This document shows positions 37,795 through 48,090 of a stretch of 64,000 bases of DNA, piece after piece. Position 1 is the stretch's first letter, and the number at the start of each line of letters is the position of its first letter. A program made the position numbers and the translations under genes. The stretch is from Centroscyllium fabricii (lineage: Eukaryota): assembly GCA_051313645.2 (NCBI GenBank), contig JBNRSN020000019.1, positions 47,182,001 to 47,246,000 of the forward strand, given 5' to 3'. A model generated the notes under the pieces. The model was not told where the DNA came from. It worked only from the letters and a program-made list of their open reading frames with translations, and made no database searches.

Positions 37795-38486
37795 GTTTCT
37801 GTTGCAACAGATGATGTCTTGTATCAAGAAACATACGATAAACAGGAAGAGAGTAAGCAGAAACATATTTCAGATGAGTCTTCCTTTTCTGGAAGCAGCC
37901 CTGAAAGTACGGTGGTAAAGCCTTCTGAATGTGTCAGTTGTGAAGATGTGGTGGATAGTGCATCAGTAACTCAAAGCAAAAACAGTAAATCTCCACCAGA
38001 CCAAGAGCATGAGTCAGCCCAGCAGGCAAAAATAGGACGATTCCAGGTCACGACAAGACGAGACACTGTTGGCCGTTTTTCAGTAGCAAGGACACAAGAT
38101 GAGGTTACTTATGAAGCTGGCAAGGGAAACTATCCCTGTGTTCCTGTGAGTACTGCTCCATTAACAGTACTCTCATCTGGGCCAACGGATCACATTAGGG
38201 CTTCAGATCAAATTTTACCACCAAAAGATTCAATTGGGTCAGAACAATATCTGCACACAAATGGACCAGTTTTGTTGGAGGCCGGACAACAACCCTATTC
38301 AAAGGAACTGGATCAACAGGTTGATAGTGCAGGGAGTCCAGTCTCTCCTCAGTCACCGGAATCCAAGGGTACCATCATTGTACAGAGCCTTACCAACTCA
38401 TTTAATTCCTCCTACATGAGCAGTGACAATGATTCAGAAATTGAAGATGAAGATATGAGGACAGAGCTGCACAAATTGAGGGACAA
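37795..38486 (+). CDS. WNK1: WNK1 coding exon with GRFQV, GRFSV and SFNSSYMSSDNDSEIEDED, phase 0-2
   Basis: ttccttgtag| acceptor and AA|gtaagt donor. Motifs match WNK1. Confidence 0.95.
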
Positions 38487-39704
38487 GTAAGTGTTACTTT
38501 TCTCTCGATCTAGTTATAAAATTTGTCTGACAGGTTCAATGTACACTGAGGTAAGTAAGCCTGTTTCCAGCAGTTAAGTGAAATTTCACAAATGTTAAAA
38601 CATGTAATATTAACACTGATCTGTGAATAGTCACCTGTCTGATAGAGCAGGGAATGCTTTCCAGTCTTGAGATTCACAGGCTTGTATCTTATACGATATA
38701 TTGAAAAGTGCAACAAATCATTTTTTTATTACCTTTTTAAAGGAGAAACTTTCTACTTTTTTTTCCTTTCCTGAACAAATATGCCGGAATACAGTTCCAA
38801 CTGCAATAAATGACCAATTTTCATTGATTTGCCATGGGAGAGAGCATCATCGTCAAGCCCAATCCTGTCCCTTGATTCACAAAGATGTAGTTATGACCAG
38901 CAATGCCGATTGATAATCCAGAATGATTTTTCTCTCCCTAACTTGGGGGCAATGCAGTCAATTGCAATGTCCTTACTGCTGCTCCAGCTAAGATTAGTAA
39001 AACACGCACAGATTTAACCTGGTCTGTACAGCTCAGTACCACAGCCAGTAAAACATCACAGGTCATTCTAGTGGTCTTTACTGCAGAAATCTGATGTTTA
39101 TTTATCATTGGTCCTGCTGAATGGTCCACTTGGTTTTGTAATCGTAATTTTGTGCAGCCAACTCCGCAGTAGTTTGGTGGCATTGCGAATGCGTGACCAA
39201 ATATTTTACCCTTAAGCTGCCAATGAATATATGAAAATATATTGAGGTAATTTACTGTTAAAACATTCCTCATTCCCCTGTAAATGTATGATCTGGTATG
39301 GTGCTAAGCTGTATGGACCAAGTTATTCTCCGTGCACTGAATTTAGCTGATCTTGGCTGGAACCGCAGTTGGCTACAGTGCACCTGGGTTGGGGAAGAAA
39401 GAAATCATTCTTTGTTGTCATTCCTGATTTTCATGTGGTCATAAGTGTGTCTTTGTGAATGAGCCCCCAACATCTGAAGAATGACCACATTTTGCTGCTG
39501 GAACATTTAAGGCCATACATTAGGATGTCTTTGAGAGAAAGACAAAACTGAGAGAAATAAAATTCAGTCCATCTGCACCTGCTAAGTATTACTTGGATTT
39601 AAAAATGTACTTTTTTGTGTTTCTCTGGAGCTAAATACTCTTCACACAGATTTTTGCTGCAGCAGTTTGGCTAATTATAATTAACAAATTACGATAATGT
39701 AGTG

Positions 39705-39975
39705 GAACATAGGAGCAGGAGCTCCTCGAACCCACTCCACCATTCAGTCAGCTCAATACTAATCTGTATCTCAACTCCAATCCGTACCTCAACTCCATTT
39801 ATCCAAAAATGGAGGAGGAGGGGGGGGAAGAAAGAGTTCCAGATCTCCACTACCCTTTGTGTGGGGGAAAAAATGCTTCCTAATTTCACTCCTAACTGGC
39901 CTAGCTGTAATTTTAAGATTATTCCCCTTGTTCTGCATTTACCTCAAGAGAAAATAGTTTCTCTCTATCCCATTT
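39705..39975 (-). mobile_element. Degenerate CR1 3' end
   Basis: FSPTQRVVEIWNS remnant and a CR1-like tail on the minus strand. Confidence 0.55.
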
Positions 39976-40257
39976 AAAACAGGCGGTTGCTTACATTGGC
40001 CAAAACACGACCATTTGCATTAATGCCAGTTTCCAAATTGCTGGTTATAGCTGTGCTTTCTCACTTGTGATATTGATTGTGTGAGTGAAGTGCACATGAA
40101 AAATTATGCATGTTTTTTAAACTATATTTATATTTAATAAAAAATAAAACCATACACAATAATCCCAGAAATTTAGTTCCCTAATTGGGTGTTTGGGTTG
40201 TTTAAATGGTTGTTTGTGATCGTTAAGATTTGTTTGGGTTTTTTCACTCCTGTCTGA

Positions 40258-40475
40258 ATTTTGCTGAGATGCTGTACCTGGTAATAGTTTGTTTCTGATT
40301 AACGGAACCTGCTCCCTGCTCCTCCAGTTTCCTGATGACCACTGCCAGGGTGAGGTTGGAGCTGCAGATCTCTGGGTGCTTGGTCAGGTCTTGGAGTCCG
40401 TCAGTAAGGAGGCTTGTTCAGGTAGCGGTTCAAGAACTTGCGGACGCTGTTGAACGACAACAACATTCTTGTAGC
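40258..40475 (-). pseudogene. Decayed fragment resembling the Crypton-derived (DUF3504-type) domain of the KCTD1 long isoform
   Basis: Minus strand: LSFNSVRKFLNRYLNKPPY*RT, frameshift, then DLTKHPEICSSNLTLAVVIRKLEEQGAGSVNQKQTITR. Compare recalled KCTD1 SLISIRSSLNRYLNEPPYCRTLDLTKDPELRSANLTLAAVIRKLEEQGAGPVVQKQAITR. Confidence 0.72.
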
Positions 40476-40671
40476 GCTACCACGTTATACTTGCCATCGT
40501 GTATAATGTGCAAATGTGTTCACACAAACATGCCCGCTATAAGTGATGGGGACTGTACATACCCTATCGATATCCTTTAACATTTTAGTGAAAATACCAT
40601 AAAATATGAAGCATGTAAAATCAACATATATTTTACAAAATAGTACAGTATCCCAAACTTATCTGTTTCAG

Positions 40672-40874
40672 ACATTTGAAAGAAATTCAGGAGTTGCAAT
40701 CACGGCAGAAGCAGGAAATCGAGGAACTCTATATAAAATTGGGTAAGGCACCACCTGCTGTAATAATTCCACCTGCGGCACCCCTGTCTGGACGTCGCAG
40801 ACGACCCACCAAAGGAAAAAGCAGCAAATCCAGTCGGAGCAGTTCCCAAGGACAAAAGAGTCCTTTACTTTCTG
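40672..40874 (+). CDS. WNK1: WNK1 C-terminal coiled-coil exon (HLKEIQELQSRQKQEIEELY..GRRRRPTK), phase 2-1
   Basis: tgtttcag| acceptor and G|gtaggt donor. Near-identical to human WNK1. Confidence 0.96.
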
Positions 40875-40959
40875 GTAGGTGATGACTAGCATCCATTGTG
40901 ATAGCTTTTTGTACTGTGATGTTTTCTGTTGATGTCATGTAGCTGCACTCTAATTACAG

Positions 40960-41154
40960 GGTCCATAACTGCTCAGAGTACTGCTTCGGTGTTGATACCA
41001 CAGCAGATGCTGTTACCGCCCTCGAGTACTCATGAATTCACTGTTTCTGGACAAGGTCAATTGCTGAAACCCTTATCATCCAGTGAAAATTTGTACTCTG
41101 CTTACACCAGTGAAGGGGTGATTTCTGGACAAAGCGTCTCTGGTACCGGACAAG
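40960..41154 (+). CDS. WNK1: WNK1 coding exon (..LKPLSSSENLYSAYTSEG..GQ-G), phase 1-1
   Basis: aattacag| acceptor after an 85-nt intron and G|gtaaga donor. Matches LKPSPSSDNLYSAFTSDG. Confidence 0.92.
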
Positions 41155-42469
41155 GTAAGAATCTTGCTAACTTGTGTAAAGTTTCTGGGTTACAAATTCT
41201 GTCCGTTTTACAATCGCTACCTCCATTGTAGAAGTGCACATATGCAAGTTTAATACATGCATAGTTGCTCAGAAGGCGCATTTTGTGTGTGGACATTCAC
41301 TGATTTTGAGGGAAAGTCCGTACAGCCCATCAATGAATAGTGTATTATTGGTCTGCACGGAGAGGTCCTCCAATCCATGCCAGAGTTATAACAGTGGACC
41401 TGATGGAAGTGCCACCAACCGAGCACATGCACATTTATTACTACTGGCATCCAGTAAAATCTCCTCCCAAGAAGGGTTTCACTGCCTCCAATGATCTTCC
41501 CATTGGAAGTAATGCTGTCGGGTAGAGTATCAATGAATTAAAAGTCTGATCCTCAAACCTAATTTCTGTGCTGCACACATTAACTTTTCATAACCGCTTA
41601 CTATACTGTTTGGAAAGTGCACAAATATCCATGACTCCTCCATTCATCTTTCACTAATAAAGCAGTCCTGATTCTGTGCTTTATAAATTAAGCCGGAGAA
41701 GATTTTTGTGTGGAGACTTCTGTTTAAATAAGGCTGCCTCTGCTTTTGAGTCTCCTCCGTCCACTTGAGAGTTACATTGTTCCTCTTGTAAAAGATGGAA
41801 GAACCCCTTTCATAAGTCCTTGAGCAGTGATGTCTACATATCTCTGTGAACATTGCCCTAAAGTATGGGCCATGAGACAAAAGGTTTGGTTGTGTTACTG
41901 TTTTGTGATGCTGATGTATTGTACGGTTGTACCAATTTACGTTTAATAAAGGTACCTACACTGATGATTGTTCTACAGAAAACCATTATCGCTTGCAAGT
42001 GGACAGTGTGTCAGAATGAAAAATGGTCATTACTTGTGTTGAGAATTTTTAAATTTTCAGTTGTGCTGTGAATTGGGATAAGACGTGGTGAACTTGTCAT
42101 GTAGCAAATTAGCTGGACTGTGGAATGGCCATGGCACAGAAGTCAAACAGGTTTTAGTAGAATACAGATCAAATCTCCTTTTGTTCTTTTTTCAGAATGA
42201 CAGTTAATATCTGGAAGCTGGTCATTCATTGGCATTTAGTTTCAGGGATGGAGGAACTTGAGTGAAGGAGGAAGAAACTATGGATTTTTAACATGCATGG
42301 GGAAAAAACCCACAAAGCTCAGGAAACATTTAATTTAAGGTGGAAGAAGCAAAGAGGCCTGTGATGCCCAACTGCAAAAAGTGCTTTCTATTTTACCGTG
42401 ATTTTCCAATCAACTGGGTTAGTATAGGGATTAGAGCACGTATTTTCAGCAATCGTCCATACCCTTATT

Positions 42470-42862
42470 CCTTATTAGAGAAGCTGGGATTGTTTTCCGA
42501 GCAGGAAAGGTTATGGGGAGGTTTAATAGAGGTGTCCAAAATTGAATGTTTTTGATAGTAAATAAGGAGGAACTGTTTTCATTGGCGGGCGGGTTGGTAA
42601 CCAGAGGACACCGATTTAAGATAATTGGCAAAAGAACCAGATTGCCGATGAGTTTTTTTTATTGTTGTGATCTAGAATGTACTATCTGAAAGGGTGGTGG
42701 AACCAGATTCAATAGTAACTTTTAAAAGGGAGTTGGATATATACTTGAAACGGATAAATTTGCAGGACTGTGGGCGAGTGTGACTAATTGGGTAGCTTTT
42801 TCAAAGAGCAGGCACAATGGGCTGAAGGGCCTCCTTCTGTGCCATAAGGTTCTATGATTCTA
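42470..42862 (+). mobile_element. Degenerate CR1 3' fragment
   Basis: LEKLGLFS..GGLIEV remnant and tail ..gggcctccttctgtgccataaggttctatgattcta. Confidence 0.7.
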
Positions 42863-44344
42863 GTACTGATTAAAATAGAGAGAGAGCGCAGAAGAGGTGA
42901 GAATAACCCAGCTATCAAGCTTATTCTTGTATCTATCAGGAGTGTGGAAGAGTTAGAGCAAATGATTTGACACAGCACATCTCATGACAAATCCTGCAAA
43001 TTTCTACATTTAACACCGTTTGCTGCCATAGTTTCCCAATTTTGTACAAGTCTTGGAGTGAAAATGCCAGTATCTAAGCAGTAGCAAACAGCTTAACTGA
43101 ATTACCAGAGCCTTTTTAAAATTATTTTAGCTGGAACTTCAAGGAGGAATGGCCATGCCTAGTACTGTATTTAGCTGGTTTTCTACAATGCCTGTGCGAT
43201 AATGAATTAAGAATGAGTCATAGAGACCATGCACATCAGTGGGTTTTTGCTTGCCCCTATTCTGACCGGTGAGTTGAGGACATCATGCCCTGTAGATAAA
43301 AAGAAAAAAATATAAATGCCAAAAATCTGAGATAAAAGCAACAAACATTCATATGTGCACCATTTTCAACAGCATGTGTAAAGAGAAAAGGTAAGTTTAT
43401 GTTTCAGATACATAGAACTTTATCAGTTCTAATAAAGGAACTATGTTTAAAACGCTAACCTGTCTTATTTGCTCAGTTACCATTTTGAACTTAATGCAGT
43501 GCTAAATGGCTTAAGCACCGATGTATTGATAACAGAACTTGGCCTTCAGTGCGATTGTGGTTTAACCTTATTACAGTATGTACACCTCTCCAGTTATCTG
43601 TGTAGAACACAGGTTGTGTATTACAGCAGAGAAGGTGTTCTGTATCAGGAGTTTGAAACCATTTTTCCACAGAGGATTTAGTGGAATAAAATACTTGAAT
43701 TTTTTTTTAAACTAAAATGATTCTCAAGCTTTTTTTTAATAAAAAGGTGGTTAATATGCTGAATGAAAGTTGTTCTTCTCTCCCCCCCCCCCCCCCACCC
43801 CCCCCCCACTAAAATAATAAGCAATTTGTCAGCTTGTCCAGATAATCGAGAAACACCTTGCACGCATTGTATTGGGAAAGTCCTTCGTTCACAAACAGAG
43901 ATCAAAGGGAGAGACAAGTTTTTTGAAAGAGGAAGGCTGCAAGGGCATTTAGGTTTGTCGGAGAAAGCTGTGAGGGCTTTCGCTGAGGTAAAGCGGTCAG
44001 AAATTCTGAGGGATAGTTAAAAGCCATCTTGCTCAAGTCAAGTAAACCAACCCACTGATGTATATTTTGTATTATTACACCAAGATGAGTTGTATGGATT
44101 TAATTGAGAGTTTGGTCACAACAGCTCTTCTGTTCGTTCATCTTACTGTGGAAATAAAGCAGCTTATTAATTTAATCAGGCATTATTTTGCCAACCGTGT
44201 TTAGTATGAGGATGGAATCGGTGACTAGGAAACTGAAATTGTTGCGTTGGTCGAAGGCAATGTCTTCGGTTTTCAAATCTTCACTTGGAAGAAATATTGA
44301 CGCATTCGGACTGGATGTCAGACACGCAGTCTGATAACAGAGGT

Positions 44345-44765
44345 ACAGATTCACAAATCATTAAAAGTAGCAATGCAGGTTAACAAGGCCATAAAAAATG
44401 CAAGCCAAGCATTGGAGTTCATTTCTAGAGAAATAGAATTGAAAAGCAGAGATGTTATGTTAAACGTGTATAGAACCTTGGTTAGACTACACTTAGAATA
44501 ATGTGCAAAGTTCTGGGAGATGAGAAATGTTTTCACTGAGTTGTCAGGATCTGGAATGCTCTACTTGAAAATGTGGTGGAAGCTGATTGCATAAATAATT
44601 TTAAAAGGTAGTTGGACAGGCACTTAAGGAGGCGGAGGAGGAACTTAATGGGTTACGGACAAAAAGCGGGGGTGTTGGACTAAGCACGACTGCTCTTTCA
44701 AAGAGCCAGTACAGGCACCCTGGGCCGAATGGCCTCCTGTGCTGTCGGCTTCTATGATTTTTATG
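44345..44765 (+). mobile_element. Internally deleted CR1 3' fragment
   Basis: QVNKAIKNASQALEFISREIE remnant and tail gggccgaatggcctcctgtgctg..ttctatg. Confidence 0.65.
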
Positions 44766-45317
44766 CCTTTGGAGAGGTTGAAGAAGGATTTGTGAAAATG
44801 AAACTAATATCCACTCCAGATCACAAGGGGATGCTATTGTTGCATCCCTGGGTTATACTAACATGCAAGTAGATGTAGCACAGTGTAAATCGACCCCCAT
44901 TAAAAATAAAACGTTCAGGCTAGAGCAACTGACTCGAAGATACCTACAGCAAACCTTAATTTGTCACAAAAGTTAAAATCACATTATATATACCATTAGA
45001 AGCCAGCGGTCATTAATAAGTGTGTGTATGTCTGCGTACATATATTTGTATGCCCATAACAACTACATACAAAATTTGTCCAACAGGCAAGATGCCATTT
45101 ATTGGTTCTGCTAGGAGATGGAATAGTTTCTTTCATAGTTTTTTCTCCATATATTGGTAACTTTCATTGTTTCAGTTTTTGTGAATTGTCTTGGTTGTGT
45201 GAAATTCAACTTGTGGAACAATTTGAAGTGATATTTTGATTGATTCAGTTAGCACTGGTATATTTAAAAAAATCTTTGAGGCAAATCTAGGTATATGTTC
45301 CTGCATTCGTGCATGTA

Positions 45318-45834
45318 CAGGTTGTGCACCATTAATCCACCACGGGCGGGACCAGGCCCGTGCCGGGAAACAGAAAAAACCGGGAGAACGAGGTTGGACA
45401 CTGCGCATGCGCACCATTCAAAATGGCCACGCGCATGCGCACAACATTGGTATTGGCTGGCGCGCGCATGCGCAGATCGGACCCGGGTCCGCCTTCCCTC
45501 TCCATCGCCTTTCGGGTTGCTGCTGCCGCCGAGCCGGACTCAGGCTGACAGCTGTTGCCTAGTGACTGTCCGCCTCAGTCACGGGGCTCAGCTGTCGAGA
45601 AAATAACCGGCGGCTGTATTGAATTATCTGCGCATGCGCTAACCGTCCGGCGACGCATGCGCAGATCATTCAAAACACCCGGCAGCTGTTTTGAATGATC
45701 TGCGCATGCGCTGGGCGCATGCGCAGATCATTCGCTGAAGCCACGATGGCGGCGGCCATCTTGTGCATGCGCAGTGCAGTCGGGGCAATTTGTGCTGGCA
45801 GACTGAAGCTGCCGGCTATTCGGGACACAACCTG
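45318..45834. mobile_element. Tigger/pogo-like MITE, CAGGTTG family, copy 3
   Basis: CAGGTTGTGCACCATTAATCC left TIR, shortened right TIR CACAACCTG, TA TSD. Two internal GAATGATCTGCGCATGCGC-type hairpins. Confidence 0.85.
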
Positions 45835-45872
45835 TATATGAAAATATATATATATATTGATTGCTGTTATTG

Positions 45873-46160
45873 TGTAGCATAGCCACTAGGGGGAGACACG
45901 CTGGTCTCCCCAGGATGTTAGAATCCACATTCCAGAGTTGGTCCCGCCCCTGTTTCCCCATTGGGTAGTTGGATCAACAGTTCCGGTTCCTGATTGGTCT
46001 TGCGGGCTGTCAGTCAAAAGCCCCATGATGCTTTGCGGTTTCTCGCCTTTTGTAAGTTAGTCGTGTTTGGATTGAAACGAATAAAGACCTGTTAAAGCTT
46101 GCTCCGCGATCTTTCGACGTTTTATTGATTTTAAAGAGTGGGGAACTGCCGTTCCCTACA
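45873..46160 (+). mobile_element. Probable solo LTR
   Basis: TGTAG...CTACA termini, 288 bp, GC box, two reverse CCAAT boxes, AATAAA at 46080. No clean TSD seen. Confidence 0.55.
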
Positions 46161-46168
46161 ATGCTATA

Positions 46169-46563
46169 CAGGTTGAGCACCGTTAATTTGGCACGGTCAG
46201 GACCAGGGCCGTGCCGAATTTTTGAAAAATCCGAATGATTGAAGTTCGCCGAGCGTCAGCACAGACCATTCAAAATGGCCACCACAAAATTTTGAATGGT
46301 CTGTGCATGCGCTCGCCGAGAGGCCCGGGCATGCGCAGCGAATCGCAGCGGTCATATTGCGCATGCGCAGGCCAATTGGGGAGAGACCCGGGCATGCGCA
46401 GCCACGCATGGTGGCCATTTTGCGCAGGGCAGTCGGAGAGGCCTGGGCATGCGCAGCCAAGCGCGGTGGCCATTTTGTGCATGCACGCACCAGTCGGCCA
46501 GATTCGTGCCAGACGTTTGAGGTTGCTGGACAAACGGTGTCCGGATTAACGGTGCTCAACCTG
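46169..46563. mobile_element. Tigger/pogo-like MITE, CAGGTTGAGCACC family, copy 4
   Basis: TIRs CAGGTTGAGCACCGTTAATTTGG / CCGGATTAACGGTGCTCAACCTG with TA TSD. Confidence 0.88.
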
Positions 46564-47672
46564 TATATAAAGTGCTTTTACGGTTACGGTGCCTATGTCC
46601 CTCTGCTGTAATAAAATAACCATGTTTTACACAGATAACTGGGTACTTCCATTTTTTTCCTGTTTGAACAAGAAACAAAAATGAATTTTAGAAGTTTCTT
46701 GATTATCTCCTGTTCAAGTTCTAAACGATCTGTTTTCTGTCTCCGAGCATTCCATTTCCACAGACTGATGGTATCTATATTTCTGGTTTATGCAGGCCAG
46801 ATGTCTGGGCAAGTGAAAAGCAGCTCAGTCATTGCCTCACAAAAGTTAAGAATGTCACAAACAAGCTGGTGATTGTAGCTGTTGTCAACTAATTTTGTCC
46901 CTTTGAGAATCTGGTCTACTATTGTATTTTGAGTGTTTCCATATGCAGACTGATGGAGGCTCAAATAATTGCCATTGGTTTTGTGTGTGAATGTGCAGTG
47001 CAGCCTTTCTGTACAGTAGCGATCCCAGTGTTTACTGAACATTTCTGCCAGCTATAAAATCAGGACCATCATTGTGGGCTCTGGGGATTTCTCTGCAGGG
47101 AGTCGGACTCTGATGGATGTTAGCCGTTAGGCCGCTGCTGTACACCCCCAGGCGTTGCTAGAAACCTGGAAACAGATTGTTCATACACTCACGGCTAGGA
47201 ATAGTGTAATAGGACACCTGAGGTGGTAAAGAAAGTTGTCACATCCAGTTTAAAAACATTGAAGGAAAAAGCTTTTTTGCAGCTACTAAATGTTGCAGTA
47301 TTAGATCTCTTTAGTAGCCTCAAAAAAAATGGTAAATGGTGAAAACAATTAGTGGAAAATAACCAAACCAGATTGAACTTGAAAGTTTAATCAGAAGAAT
47401 CTGAAGCACGGATAGTAACAGGGATGATGACTGTTAAAATAAATTCCTATAATCAGCATCTCATTTTCCAGGGCAACAAAAAAAATAGGTAAACATTTCT
47501 CAAACTTTTTTAAAAGGTGTAGCCTGGGTGTGCGTACAAAATAGTTACTGTTTCGTTAAATGCTTGAGGATGAGAGGTTTTGTATTTGATGTGAAGTACT
47601 CCCTCAACTCTTAAAAACTAACATTCTGACTCTAGTTGTCTGTTTTCCTCCTTTTCTGTTACTCTGTCACAG

Positions 47673-47744
47673 GCTCAGCAACGTTTCACTGTGCATCAGA
47701 GCAAGTGACTTTTAAACTTGGCGGCAGAAGGACAAGGTTTCTGA
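47673..47744 (+). CDS. WNK1: WNK1 alternative cassette exon (GSATFHCASEQVTFKLGGRRTRFL), phase 1-1; alternative donor at 47765 adds STPCLAL
   Basis: Long pyrimidine tract ..ctctgtcacag| and A|gtacgc donor. Matches recalled mammalian WNK1 isoform peptide CASEQVTFKPGGRRTRFL (exon 26a-like). Confidence 0.82.
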
Positions 47745-48042
47745 GTACGCCCTGTCTGGCTCTTTGTGTGTAACACTTTTATTCTTTTCTCATCTGCCCT
47801 TTTCTTCCTCTTATGCTGCATAAAGCTTTGCTGCTAACTGTCCATAATCTGTTCACTACGTTTTCAGAATTCAGTCGCCTATTCGAAGTTTTCCCACGGG
47901 GCAGAGTGATAAATACAAAAATTCAAGAAAAACAAATAAATACTGTAATTTGACTAATTTCTGGTGACGTTTGGAAAAAGAAGCAAAATATATTATGAAA
48001 GTGATCTTGACCCAAAAGGTTGCCAATAACCAGCCATGATTT

Positions 48043-48090
48043 TGTGTGTGTGTGTGTGTGTGTGTCTGCGTGTGTGTGTGTCTGCGTGTG
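48043..48090. repeat. (TG)n microsatellite, interrupted
   Basis: Direct reading of sequence. Confidence 0.95.

Noticed and set aside
40328-40349. Sense-strand 22-nt cryptic exon (ctccag|...|gtgagg)
   Set aside because: Not frame-preserving. The pyrimidine tract is explained by the antisense KCTD1-like relic.
46796-46872. Possible exon GQMSGQVKSSSVIASQK
   Set aside because: Available GT donors are phase 2, not the phase 1 required, and the frame ends in a stop.
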